The notes under the pieces: model-generated
The model's input: the letters and a program-made list of their open reading frames with translations, nothing else
What the model was told of the DNA's origin: nothing
Databases searched by the model: none
NCBI GenBank assembly: GCA_964411255.1
Contig: CAYPKD010000007.1
Coordinates: forward strand, 13,344-77,343
Direction of reading: 5' to 3'
Origin: an uncultured Gammaproteobacteria bacterium
GTDB taxonomy: Bacteria; Patescibacteriota; Patescibacteriia; UBA11705; DATKZF01
DNA length: 64,000 nt
In this document: positions 1-9,892 of the stretch, piece after piece
How positions within the stretch are numbered: position 1 is the stretch's first letter
Layout: each line of letters opens with the position of its first letter
Position numbers and translations under genes: made by a program

Positions 1-709
1 GCGAGAAGCAAGAATTCTCTTACTCTCTCATGATCAGGACAATGGCAATGCTCATGTCTATAATACTTCAGGTATGGAATTTCCCATTCAGCTCAATGAT
101 GACTTTGACTGGTTAAAAAAATACAATGAGCTGGACATTGCTGATAAAATTGAACCAGGAGAATATATCCTGGCAGTAAAAGGAAATAGTAAACAAGACT
201 GGGACTTTCGAGAAGACACTGCCAATGCAGTTGCACAGGCACTGGCAAAAATGAGCCCGGTACTGAGGCAACGAGTAGAATTTCTCAAAAAGCAAAAGCA
301 CATTGGCAGAACAGTGATTGCCTTAGAGCAAATCATTCACCGGGTCGGCGACTATGTCAATTCTGGACTTTTGTCTGGCAACTGGATTATGCCGCTCGTT
401 TCTTTAGGCATTTTCCAGTCAGCCTGGCTGCTCGGTTTTTTAACCAGGCCTGAGATTAAAACCTCTCCAGAATACTTTGGAGCAATGATGTCTCAGCGCT
501 GGTTCGCAGTGATAATGGATGGGTTCTACAACAGCATGCGCCGGGCAATGAATCAAATCTTTATCAGGCTGGAAAAGCTGGAGAACGAAAACTTTGCCCA
601 GCAGCTGGAAATTGACAGAAACAACCGAACAGTTGATTTCCTAGTTAAAAAAATGGATATGCTTGACGGGCAGCTAAAAATGCTCAAGGCATACCATGGT
701 GTGAAATAA
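1..709 (+). CDS. hypothetical protein, probably 5'-truncated by the window edge
   Basis: The frame of ORF 74..709 is open back to position 2; C-terminus looks coiled-coil; followed by a terminator. Confidence 0.6.
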   Translation, partial: REARILLLSHDQDNGNAHVYNTSGMEFPIQLNDDFDWLKKYNELDIADKIEPGEYILAVKGNSKQDWDFREDTANAVAQALAKMSPVLRQRVEFLKKQKHIGRTVIALEQIIHRVGDYVNSGLLSGNWIMPLVSLGIFQSAWLLGFLTRPEIKTSPEYFGAMMSQRWFAVIMDGFYNSMRRAMNQIFIRLEKLENENFAQQLEIDRNNRTVDFLVKKMDMLDGQLKMLKAYHGVK

Positions 710-714
710 ATATC

Positions 715-745
715 ACCACCAGAATATTTCTGGTGGTCTTTTTTT
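715..745 (+). terminator. intrinsic terminator
   Basis: ACCACCAGAA-TAT-TTCTGGTGGT hairpin followed by a T-run. Confidence 0.75.
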
Positions 746-840
746 AAAAAAAATATAAAATATAAAATAATGTAAAAAAAAGTCCCATCAGGGACTCCAA
801 ATTTTTAACTTTTGCTTTTTACTCTTTGATTTATTTTGAT

Positions 841-1614
841 TTATTCTGTTTTGTCTTTTGGCATTGTGTCTGTCTCTTCTTCAGGATAATATTCATATTC
901 CTTAAAAACCTCTTTTGACTTTTCTTCAAAAGCTTCTTCATCGTCTTCATTTTCAAGTATCTGTCCTATGCTCTTTTGGTCTTCGACCTCAACTTTTGGC
1001 TTTCTTTCTGAAAAAAGCAAAACAATTGAAATGCTCATAATCAAGCCAGCCAATAATCCCAAGAAGGCATTCACAATAAAATTTGGCTTGACCGGATACT
1101 GAGAAACCAATACGGCATCCACTATTTTTATTTCAATATTTGTAAAGCCAATATATTCCTGGCCTTGCAAAGTTAAAGTATATGCAATGGCATTTGCTAA
1201 TTCACTGGCTTTGTATTTGTCTTCATGATATACGATTATTTCCAAAATACCCGTTCCCTGCCTTACTCTGGTCTCTACAGTTCGGTTCCACTCTTTTCTT
1301 CTGTCATAATCTTCTTTTGGAAGCATATCATCTGAAATATCAAAACCTGCATCCATTACTTTATAATAAAAATTTGAAGTATATACCAACTGAGAAAGCG
1401 TATCAGCCACTCTTTCAGCAGATCTACTTGCACTATAAACGTCTAAATTAAGATCTCCTGTCTGAATGACCAAAAGGCTGGTTGAAGCAGAATATTTCAT
1501 TGGCTGAATTAAACTAAAAATTAATGACAAAAGTAAAATTACAGCTGTCACTATGATTATAGTCCCCTTCTTTTTATAAAGTAATGAAAAATTTATTGTG
1601 TCCTGTGTATTCAT
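841..1614 (-). CDS. Wzz/YveK-like polysaccharide chain-length determinant family protein
   Basis: N-terminal TM, PxYSASTSLLV motif, C-terminal PVKPN plus TM; GGAGG RBS. Confidence 0.75.
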   Translation of the reverse strand: MNTQDTINFSLLYKKKGTIIIVTAVILLLSLIFSLIQPMKYSASTSLLVIQTGDLNLDVYSASRSAERVADTLSQLVYTSNFYYKVMDAGFDISDDMLPKEDYDRRKEWNRTVETRVRQGTGILEIIVYHEDKYKASELANAIAYTLTLQGQEYIGFTNIEIKIVDAVLVSQYPVKPNFIVNAFLGLLAGLIMSISIVLLFSERKPKVEVEDQKSIGQILENEDDEEAFEEKSKEVFKEYEYYPEEETDTMPKDKTE

Positions 1615-1639
1615 ACCTCCTAATTATAGCACCTTTCCA

Positions 1640-2773
1640 CTATTTTGTCAAAGAGAGATTTATTTCTATTTCTTTTTCCTCTCTTAAAATAGTAAATGTA
1701 AGTTCTTGTTCAGGCTTATAAGACTGAATTATATTTGTTAAAGAATTTTCTTCTTTTATTATTTCGCCTTCAATCTCAAGGATAATGTCATTTGCCATTA
1801 AACCCGCCTTTTGCGCCGGACTGTCTGACAAAACAGCAACCTTTCCTTCAGCACCGAATATTAATGCGCCTTTATTTTGTTCAGCATATTTTTCCCAGCC
1901 AATTGCTTCACTCAAATCAATATAATGAATGCCCAATATATTTCTAGCAATTGTACTTTCAGATATTGCCTGCTTTATAATGCTTTGTATATTATCGATT
2001 GGAATAACTAAATTATCTGAGGTGACAATACCAAAAACCTGGCCATTCAAATTCACTACTGGCGCGCCAAGCCATTTTTTATCAAGAACATCAGTGAGTG
2101 CAATATTTTTATAATACGTCTCAGATGAGTGAATTAAATCCCCTCGTTTATTTATTGGATTGTAATAAAGACACTCAATGCTGCTCGGAAAAATTTCAGT
2201 TGTTGAAACAATCAAAGCTGTCTGTCCGCTGGTTAAAAAATCACGATTAGTTAAATTAGCAACTGGCAAATTGTCTGTTTTGATTTTCACAAAACAGGCA
2301 TCAGTGCTGGTGTCGCATACAAAAGATTCAACCTGATAAATATCTTTTTCAAAAGAAACCACCAGCTCAGCTCTGTTTTCGGTGACAACTTTTTTATCAG
2401 TCAATATCCAGCCATCAGCAGTCAGTACTATCCCGCTGCCTATAAATTCATTATCCAGCATAATATCGCTCCAGGCGCCAATTCTGCTTTTATCAAGATA
2501 AAACTTTACCAAAGCCGGACGCACGCTTTCTATGGTCTGACTGATCGAAATATCTTTTTCTGCTAAAATGTCTTTTAACTTTTTTTCCTGCTTTTCTGTT
2601 AAAGCATTAAGCCGCTGAGTCAATGTTTCTATTTTTTGGTCATCAGCAGTACCGGTTAATAAAAAATCATTCAGCCATAATTGTCCTACCAGTCCAGCGC
2701 CAAAACCAACTAAAATAGAGATGATAACCACTATTAAAATTTGCTTATAAAATTTAAAACTTTTTTTATTCAT
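1640..2773 (-). CDS. HtrA/DegP-like trypsin-fold + PDZ membrane protein, catalytic residues degenerate
   Basis: GSGIVLTADGWILT, GAPVVNLNGQVFGI, PDZ motif SPAQKAGLMANDII. Confidence 0.8.
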   Translation of the reverse strand: MNKKSFKFYKQILIVVIISILVGFGAGLVGQLWLNDFLLTGTADDQKIETLTQRLNALTEKQEKKLKDILAEKDISISQTIESVRPALVKFYLDKSRIGAWSDIMLDNEFIGSGIVLTADGWILTDKKVVTENRAELVVSFEKDIYQVESFVCDTSTDACFVKIKTDNLPVANLTNRDFLTSGQTALIVSTTEIFPSSIECLYYNPINKRGDLIHSSETYYKNIALTDVLDKKWLGAPVVNLNGQVFGIVTSDNLVIPIDNIQSIIKQAISESTIARNILGIHYIDLSEAIGWEKYAEQNKGALIFGAEGKVAVLSDSPAQKAGLMANDIILEIEGEIIKEENSLTNIIQSYKPEQELTFTILREEKEIEINLSLTK

Positions 2774-2774
2774 A

Positions 2775-3536
2775 TTATACCCATTGTGCAGTCGCTAAAA
2801 TTGCGATTAAACAAACTGCACTTACTATTACAAAATTAATAATCTTTTTATTATTTAAATTCCCTAACAAAAAGTACCGAGACAACCCTGTCATCAGATA
2901 AAAGGCTACGGTCAAGATCAGAGCATTGATAAAAAAACTGGTTGGCAAATAATAAATCGCACTAAAAAGTTCGACCAACACAACAGCAATTGTAAAAACG
3001 AAAACATTGCTTTCCCTGAATTTTATTTTATTCACCCAAAACAGTTGATATGACAAAAGCATACAAACAGCCAGTACTGGAACAACCAAATATATTATTT
3101 TTACCTTTATAAAAATTATTAAGGCGTATATAAATGCGAAAAAAACAAAACAAACTATTAAATTCAAATACCATGAAAAATTTTCCAAAGAATACGGCTG
3201 ATATCTTTTCGGATAAAATTTGTAGTCTAATATTCTTCCTAAATATATAAATAGAAAAATGCTTACTGCGGCGGCAAACACATGATAGAACAAATTATTT
3301 TCAACAAACAGTACAAACGCTATGCAAGAACAAACATAAATCAAAGGACTGATTAAAAAACTAAAAAATTCGATATTTATTTTTTTTCTGGTAAATGACC
3401 ACAAAGTTAAAATCACCAAAACAACAACTATTGGTGAAATTATCCAGAGCCACTTCTCTTTATATATTAAAATTTCAAATGTTAGTAATAAAGAAAGCGG
3501 GGTCAAAAATTGCAGTAATTTGTTTAACAAAAACAT
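2775..3536 (-). CDS. multi-pass membrane protein of unknown function
   Basis: 253 aa, about 8 hydrophobic segments, tightly packed in an operon. Confidence 0.7.
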   Translation of the reverse strand: MFLLNKLLQFLTPLSLLLTFEILIYKEKWLWIISPIVVVLVILTLWSFTRKKINIEFFSFLISPLIYVCSCIAFVLFVENNLFYHVFAAAVSIFLFIYLGRILDYKFYPKRYQPYSLENFSWYLNLIVCFVFFAFIYALIIFIKVKIIYLVVPVLAVCMLLSYQLFWVNKIKFRESNVFVFTIAVVLVELFSAIYYLPTSFFINALILTVAFYLMTGLSRYFLLGNLNNKKIINFVIVSAVCLIAILATAQWV

Positions 3537-3538
3537 AA

Positions 3539-4591
3539 TTAACTATTTGGCTTGGCTTGTAATTTACCTAATGACTCTTTTTCTTCAAAAAGCTCCTTGA
3601 TGACAATACTGATAGCAGTCGCCACTGGAATGGCCAGTACTGCGCCAAGCACACCTCCTACTTTTGCGCCTATCAACAACGCCACTACACTTATAATTGG
3701 ATTAAGTCCCACTGCCTTTTGCATTATTTTCGGTACTAGCAAATGATTTTCAAGCTGTTGAATAATGACAAACAATATTAATACAAATAAAGCCTTTATC
3801 GGAGATTGCACAAATGCCAAAAATATCGCTGGGATAGCACTAATTACCGGACCAATATAGGGGATAAATTCTCCAATTGCAGCTATCAATGCTAGTACTA
3901 AAGCATATTTTACTCCTAATATCAATAGCCCGAAATATGACAAAATACCAATAATTAAACTCAGGATTAACTGGCCCTTTAACCAGGAACCGATTTTCTT
4001 TTGAATCTTATTAATTAACTGAACAGAAAAATCCTGATATTTTGCCGGCACTACAGAACGAGTGGTTCTCTTTATAGCATCTTCTTCTACTGTCATGTAA
4101 AAAGTGATGACTAAAATCAATAAAAATGAAAGCAAACCGCCAAAGATATTTGCTATAGTTGAAAAAATTCCTCCAACCGCACTGGTCAAGCCTGAGCTGA
4201 TAGCGCCCGCATTGTCCTGGCTTTGTTCAAATCCAAACCTGGAAGCATAATCCTGCACAAATGAAAAAGCCTCATTTACCCGATTAAAATACTGAGGCAC
4301 CTGGTCAGCTAATTCAGAAATCTGTTCTGCAATTGGCGGAATGATTAAAATAACAGCAGAACCAACCACGGCAATTGCCACTAAATAAATGATTAAAACG
4401 CTGACTCCGCGCGGGATCTTTTTATTTTGCAAATAATCTACCCAAGTATCAATGGCTGAAGCAAAAATTAAAGATACAAAAATTAGAGCTAATACATCCT
4501 TAATCAAATATAAAAAATACAACCCTAATATGACTAAGAAAAATTTCAAAATTGAAATAAATGAAATGCTAAAAGTTTTATAATTTTTCAT
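3539..4591 (-). CDS. AI-2E (PerM) family transporter
   Basis: FIPYIGP and QQLENHLLVPKIM..VGLNP motifs. Confidence 0.9.
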   Translation of the reverse strand: MKNYKTFSISFISILKFFLVILGLYFLYLIKDVLALIFVSLIFASAIDTWVDYLQNKKIPRGVSVLIIYLVAIAVVGSAVILIIPPIAEQISELADQVPQYFNRVNEAFSFVQDYASRFGFEQSQDNAGAISSGLTSAVGGIFSTIANIFGGLLSFLLILVITFYMTVEEDAIKRTTRSVVPAKYQDFSVQLINKIQKKIGSWLKGQLILSLIIGILSYFGLLILGVKYALVLALIAAIGEFIPYIGPVISAIPAIFLAFVQSPIKALFVLILFVIIQQLENHLLVPKIMQKAVGLNPIISVVALLIGAKVGGVLGAVLAIPVATAISIVIKELFEEKESLGKLQAKPNS

Positions 4592-4843
4592 AAAAATTAA
4601 AAAAATAATTTATGTTTTAATTATACAATGAATCATAGATTTTTTCCAACTTCACTTGACAAAAAAACAAAATGTATTTTAATTTGTTTTTATTGACATT
4701 TATAGTTAAATATTGATAAGCTAAAATATTCTTGGGTCAGAATGGTTTTCATTCTGTTGCCAAGATGTGTAGTCCATTAACAATGTGTGGAGGGGATATG
4801 ACACTGAAAAGAAAAATTCCACAAATAGGAAGGAGGTCTAGAG

Positions 4844-5587
4844 GTGACCCTTGCTGAACTTTTCGAATGGTATAATGTAGGCTACTTTGGAGCCTTTTCT
4901 TTAGCTGTGCTTTTTTTAATTTTAGCAATCATGGGCGTTGGTGAACATGATACTGACGCAGATGTAGATCATGACCTTGAGCTTGATCATGACATAGATC
5001 ATGATCTTGAACTCGATCATAATGTTGATCATGATGTTGATCATGATGTTGATCATGATATTGAAGGGCATGTAGAAAGTGCTGGTCTTGGCCATGCTCT
5101 GATGTCTTTGATTGGCATTGGAAAATGTCCGCTTTCAATCATAATCATGAGCTTTCTGTTACTGTACACCTTAATCGGCATTGGTTCCAATATGATCTTA
5201 AAACATATTCTGTTTGAGCCTGTAATTTTTGGATCAATATCCTATATCGGCGCAGCCATTGCTGGTTTCTTTTTAACCGGTCTTTTGGCCAGAGGCATTG
5301 GTAAACTTTTGCCCACAAAAGAAACTTACATTCAAGGCAAAAAAGGCCTGCTTGGTAAAATCGGCGAAGCAGTATATGATTTCACAAAACCTGAAGGCTT
5401 CATTCAGGTGATTGACGACAACCAAACTCTTCATGAAGTAAGAGCCAGAAATACCTCTGGCAAAGAAATTAAAAGAGGACAAAAAGTTTTAGTTTATCAG
5501 TATGACAGAGAAAACGAAATTTATATCATTGATGAACTACCACCAGAACTAGCCTCGTTTGAAAAAACGGAGAGGGGGCCGATGTGA
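4844..5587 (+). CDS. NfeD-like/YqiJ-type membrane protein with His/Asp-rich repeat
   Basis: AGGAGG RBS + GTG start; TM segments, DHD repeats, C-terminal OB-fold-like region; coupled to the flotillin gene. Confidence 0.8.
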   Translation: MTLAELFEWYNVGYFGAFSLAVLFLILAIMGVGEHDTDADVDHDLELDHDIDHDLELDHNVDHDVDHDVDHDIEGHVESAGLGHALMSLIGIGKCPLSIIIMSFLLLYTLIGIGSNMILKHILFEPVIFGSISYIGAAIAGFFLTGLLARGIGKLLPTKETYIQGKKGLLGKIGEAVYDFTKPEGFIQVIDDNQTLHEVRARNTSGKEIKRGQKVLVYQYDRENEIYIIDELPPELASFEKTERGPM

Positions 5588-7677
5588 TCGGATTCATTCT
5601 TTGGTTCTTAGTTTCAATCTCTTTTATTGCTCTACCTTTTATTCTACCAGCTTTTACAGCAATTGAATTTTCAGGATCAACTCAAATGATTTTAATGGTT
5701 GTTGGAATTGCATCTCTGCTGGCTTTGGTAATTTTGGTAGTAATTACCAAGCTTTATCAAAAGACAAGCGCAAATGAAGCCCTGGTCCGAACAGGCATGG
5801 GCGGTAAAAAGGTTGTTCTTGACGGTGGAATCCTTTATATTCCTGTCCTACATAAAATTCTACGTATCAATCTGGAAACAATGCGGCTTGATGTTAAGAG
5901 AGACGGCAAAGATGCGCTGATCACCAGTGACTCTTTGCGAGCCAATGTAGCCAGTCAATTCTATATTAAAGTAAAGGCAGAAGACACAGATGTTACAAAT
6001 GCATCCAGGTCTTTAGGTGAAAAGTCAGTTGAGCCTAATGCGGTAAAAGAACTTGTTTTTGAAAAATTGGTTTCAGCTCTTCGTACTGTAGCTGCTAAAT
6101 CTACGCTTTTCGAGCTTAATAGTGAGAGAGAAAGATTTAGTGAAGATGTAAAGGTGCAGGTAGAAAAAGAACTTACGCACAATGGTCTGACTCTTGAGTC
6201 TGTTACCATTTCAGAACTTGACCAGGCTGATGTTAGTCAAATGAGAAAAGATAATGTTTTTGATGCTAATGGTTTGAAGCGTGTGGCTGAAATTACTCAA
6301 GCCGCACTTGCTGATACTAATGAATTAGAGCGAGATGCAGAAAAGCAAATTGCTGCCAAAGACGTTGAAACGAAAAAAAGAATTCTTAGTCTTGAGCTTG
6401 AACAGCGGCAGGCAGAAGCTGAGCAGCGCCGTGATGTAGCTAATGCTCAGGCAGAATCTGATCGTCTAGCTGCTGAATTTAAAATTGAGCAGGACCAGAA
6501 AGTTTCTGAACGTGACGTAGAAAAAGAACGGGCAGTCAAGGCTGCTCAAATTGAAGCAAATCAAAAACTGGTTTTAACTGAACGGGAAAAAGAACTTGCT
6601 GAGGTTGAAAAAGCCAAGGCGATTGAAACTGCTAATCGTGAAAAGCAGGCAGCAATCATTAAAGCTGAAGAAAAAAAGCAGGTAGCTGATGTTCAGCGCG
6701 AAAAAGCTGTTGAGGTTGCTAGCCGCGACCAGCAAATCGCTATTGCTCAAAAAGAAGAAGAGAGAGCCAAAGCTGAAGCCCAGCGCCTGTCTGCTGAAGC
6801 AGAACGGGAAACTGAGGCTCAGGGTGTAAAAACAGTTGAAGAAGTAAAAACTGCTGAGCGTGACAAGCAAAAGCAGGTTATTAAAGCTCAGGCTGAAGCT
6901 GAAACACGCTATGTTGAAAAACAACGTGATGCTGATGCTCAGGCTTATGAACTTAAAGCTCTGGCTGAAGGGAAGAAAGAAGCTGCTGATGCAGATGCTT
7001 TTGCCAAGACCAGAGCTGCAGAAGCTGATAAAGAAGCGGCTGAGAAGCGTGCTCTTGGTGAACAGGCTGAACAAATGGTCCCGGTCCATGTTGCTCAAAA
7101 GCAGGTTGAAGTTGAGCGTGCCAAGGCCAAGATTGAAGTCGATGTTGCTGAAAAGCAGGTCGAAGTCGATCGCCAGGCTGTTGAAGTTCAGGATGCCCGG
7201 GTGGCTGTTGAACGAAAAGATCTGGAAAACAGAGAAAAATTCGGACGAGCAGCTTTGGACTTTGAACTTGAAAAGGTTCGAATCTCCAGGTCTGCTGAAG
7301 TCAGTATTGAAACTGCCAGAGCAATGGCTACATTCCTGCATAAGGCAGATATCACCGTCTTCGGAGATCCAGGCACTATGGCAAGCATGCATGAAAAGTT
7401 CATGGGATCAATGGGTATGTCAACTGGACTTGAAGGTTTCTTTGCTGGGTTGAAAAAAGACAGCAATGGTAATGGTCAGGCAAAAGCATTGGTAGACAAA
7501 ATTGTCGGGTCAGCTACTGGATTGGTAGATGGTTTGGCTGAATTTTTGAAAAAAGAACGCGGGATGAAACCCAAGGAAGCAGGTGAAATGGCTGAACAAA
7601 TTGCTGACCACCTGAAAAGTATGGGATCACCTACTACTCCTGTAGTTGATCCACCTCCAACTCCTGCAAAACACTAA
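5584..7677 (+). CDS. flotillin/SPFH domain protein (YqiK-like)
   Basis: NEALVRTGMGG..VV.DGG SPFH start; long A/E/K-rich coiled coil. Confidence 0.9.
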   Translation: MIGFILWFLVSISFIALPFILPAFTAIEFSGSTQMILMVVGIASLLALVILVVITKLYQKTSANEALVRTGMGGKKVVLDGGILYIPVLHKILRINLETMRLDVKRDGKDALITSDSLRANVASQFYIKVKAEDTDVTNASRSLGEKSVEPNAVKELVFEKLVSALRTVAAKSTLFELNSERERFSEDVKVQVEKELTHNGLTLESVTISELDQADVSQMRKDNVFDANGLKRVAEITQAALADTNELERDAEKQIAAKDVETKKRILSLELEQRQAEAEQRRDVANAQAESDRLAAEFKIEQDQKVSERDVEKERAVKAAQIEANQKLVLTEREKELAEVEKAKAIETANREKQAAIIKAEEKKQVADVQREKAVEVASRDQQIAIAQKEEERAKAEAQRLSAEAERETEAQGVKTVEEVKTAERDKQKQVIKAQAEAETRYVEKQRDADAQAYELKALAEGKKEAADADAFAKTRAAEADKEAAEKRALGEQAEQMVPVHVAQKQVEVERAKAKIEVDVAEKQVEVDRQAVEVQDARVAVERKDLENREKFGRAALDFELEKVRISRSAEVSIETARAMATFLHKADITVFGDPGTMASMHEKFMGSMGMSTGLEGFFAGLKKDSNGNGQAKALVDKIVGSATGLVDGLAEFLKKERGMKPKEAGEMAEQIADHLKSMGSPTTPVVDPPPTPAKH

Positions 7678-7854
7678 AAATTCGAGCAACTAGGCTTTAT
7701 TCTGACACCTATTTAAATGGAGAATAGGGAAAACTCAAAGTAAAGCGTCTTTGTTTGAATCTACATACCGGAAAATAATATTTTCCGGTTTTTTTCTTAA
7801 TGATTATTTAGTTTAGCTAAAATTAGCCAAAAAATTACATATTTTAAAAAACGC

Positions 7855-7883
7855 TTGACAAAATTTTTAATTTCTGCTACTAT
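7855..7883 (+). promoter_or_regulatory. sigma70 promoter
   Basis: TTGACA-17nt-TACTAT. Confidence 0.7.
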
Positions 7884-7887
7884 GAAG

Positions 7888-8119
7888 TGTTTGCTATGAG
7901 CAGACAAATAATCGTTCTTTATTATCGAGCAATACGCTCTCCTTACGTGGGCATACGTTTAGACGCTGTTTCTAAGTAAATAACCTCTAAACATGTGCCC
8001 ACGGAGGGGCGTATGGCCCCCGTTAAAGGGGGGACGAATGCTTGAATTACATCTAACTCACGACCTTCGGGTCTGAGCTGGGCATCAAGCCTTCCCTCCT
8101 ATGTGACGCACATATTTTT
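7888..8119 (+). ncRNA. candidate structured ncRNA, family unknown
   Basis: GC-rich stems (7946-7963/7986-8003; 8017-8033; 8040-8090 with cUUCGg tetraloop) downstream of a promoter, no credible ORF. Confidence 0.5.
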
Positions 8120-8352
8120 AAGAAGGACAGTAACAAATAGGCACAAAATAACACAAGAGAAAACACAGAATAATAATACACACACCAGAGCTTTGAAAGA
8201 ATTTTTACCCCACTCCTCCACCCCATGCTTGCCCCCCCAAACCCCCATGCTTACTTTCATTTCTCTCTCGTATTATTTCCTCTTTATTTTCTCACCGCCT
8301 ATTTCCACCCACTGTCCTTTCTTCTTTTTTAAAAAAAAATTATAATATATAC

Positions 8353-8805
8353 ATGAAAACGATTATAAACAAACAAGCAAGATTTGATTATGAGATCCTG
8401 GATAAATTCGAGGCTGGATTAGTATTAACAGGACCAGAAGTAAAATCTGTAAAAAATGGACAAATTAACCTAAAGGGATCATATGTAACTGTAAAACATG
8501 AACCAAAATCTGAAATTTATTTAATAAATGCACATATTTCAAAATACAAACCTGCAGGAGAGCAGCCAAAATATGAACCAACACGCTCAAGAAAATTGCT
8601 TTTGCATAAGAAGGAAATCAATAAATTATTGGGTATACTGCAGCAAAAAGGCTTGACATTAGCACCACTTCGGGTGTATACTAAGCACAATCGCATTAAA
8701 TTGGAATTTGGAGTTGGCAGAGGTAAAAAGAAATTTGAAAAAAAGGAATCAATGAAAAAAAGAGATACAAAACGCCAGATTCAAAGAGCGATGAAGCAAC
8801 ATTAA
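8353..8805 (+). CDS. smpB: SsrA-binding protein
   Basis: NKQARFDYEILDKFEAGLVLTGPEVKS, RSRKLLLHKKEI; adjacent to tmRNA. Confidence 0.97.
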   Translation: MKTIINKQARFDYEILDKFEAGLVLTGPEVKSVKNGQINLKGSYVTVKHEPKSEIYLINAHISKYKPAGEQPKYEPTRSRKLLLHKKEINKLLGILQQKGLTLAPLRVYTKHNRIKLEFGVGRGKKKFEKKESMKKRDTKRQIQRAMKQH

Positions 8806-8806
8806 A

Positions 8807-8882
8807 TCATAGATCATGGAACATGAATCATGGATCAAGGCAATTTTTTTGATCTATGATGTATGATACATGATACATGACT
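8807..8882. repeat. heptamer (ATCATGG-like) tandem repeats arranged as an inverted pair
   Basis: atcatagatcatggaacatgaatcatggatc...gatctatgatgtatgatacatgatacatga; similar copy at 10091-10158. Confidence 0.65.
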
Positions 8883-8885
8883 AAA

Positions 8886-9269
8886 GGGGATGATCGGCTT
8901 CGATGGGAATCAAAAATTATAAATGTGCGAATATGAGCTGCTAAATGCTCATTAAAACTTTGGCAATCAAATAAGTGCTAAAAATGTACTAGCAAAAGTA
9001 AAGAGCGCATTTGCTGCTCCAGCTTTTGCACCTGTTGTTGCTTAATAGCATACAACCGCTTATCTGCTGACACTCGATAGGTAGTATAAGCGCCATTATC
9101 GAGATAGGCTGTCTGGTGCCAGACTGGCAGTTGAAATTAACTTGGCTTTAGCTTATTAGGATTTTGTTTGTTTCTACCTTCTATGCTGAACTTATAAACA
9201 AACTACTTTTCGTAGAAGCATTTATAGTTTAATTTCCAGACGCGGGTTCAATTCCCGCCATCTCCACCA
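8886..9269 (+). ncRNA. ssrA: tmRNA
   Basis: 5' GGGGATG..TTCGA, 3' GCGGGTTCAATTCCCGCCATCTCCACCA; tag ORF 8977-9045 AKNVLAKVKSAFAAPAFAPVVA-TAA-TAG; next to smpB. Confidence 0.95.
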
Positions 9270-9336
9270 TTCTTCGCGCTAGCGAAGAATGAATGGAATT
9301 ACCATGCATTATTAATAAATTAATTATCAAAAACCA

Positions 9337-9888
9337 ATGAGAAGATATTATAAATTCGGCCGAAGGCCTAAAAAACAAAAAATAAAATACCCTACTAATG
9401 AAGGAATCAGAGCAAGAGACGTTCAGGTTATTAATGAAGAGGGAAAAATGCTGGGTGCTATGCGAACCTCAGAAGCGCTTGCAATTGCGAAAGAAAAAGG
9501 TTATGATCTAGTAGTTGTTTCTCCTAAAGCTCAGCCACCAGTTGCTAAATTTACAGATTATGGCAAAATGCAATATGAACAAGAAAAGCTTTTAAGGAAG
9601 CAAAAAAGCAAACAAAAAAATTTAGAGATGAAAGGAATACGTTTATCTGTCAAAATCAGTGAACATGATATGGAAATGAGGAAAAAACAAGCTGAAAAAT
9701 TCTTAGAGAAAGGACATAAGATAAAAGTTGAAATAATTTTACGAGGCCGCGAACACAAACATATACCCATAGCAAGAGAAGTTATTACAAAATTTATTAA
9801 TAATTTATCGATTAATACTGTTGTTGAACAGGAATTAAAAAAACAAGGGAGTAAATTGACGGCTGTAGTTGCAACAAAAGAATCATAA
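9337..9888 (+). CDS. infC: translation initiation factor IF-3
   Basis: NEGIRA, DLVVVSP..PPVAKF.DYGK, LRGRE. Confidence 0.96.
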   Translation: MRRYYKFGRRPKKQKIKYPTNEGIRARDVQVINEEGKMLGAMRTSEALAIAKEKGYDLVVVSPKAQPPVAKFTDYGKMQYEQEKLLRKQKSKQKNLEMKGIRLSVKISEHDMEMRKKQAEKFLEKGHKIKVEIILRGREHKHIPIAREVITKFINNLSINTVVEQELKKQGSKLTAVVATKES

Positions 9889-9892
9889 TTAT

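Noticed and set aside
6574-7466. Long alternative-frame ORFs inside the flotillin gene
   Set aside because: Shadows of repetitive GCT/GAA codon usage
8103-8345. 80-aa ORF upstream of smpB
   Set aside because: Low-complexity purine-rich then pyrimidine-rich tract with no RBS; probably non-coding
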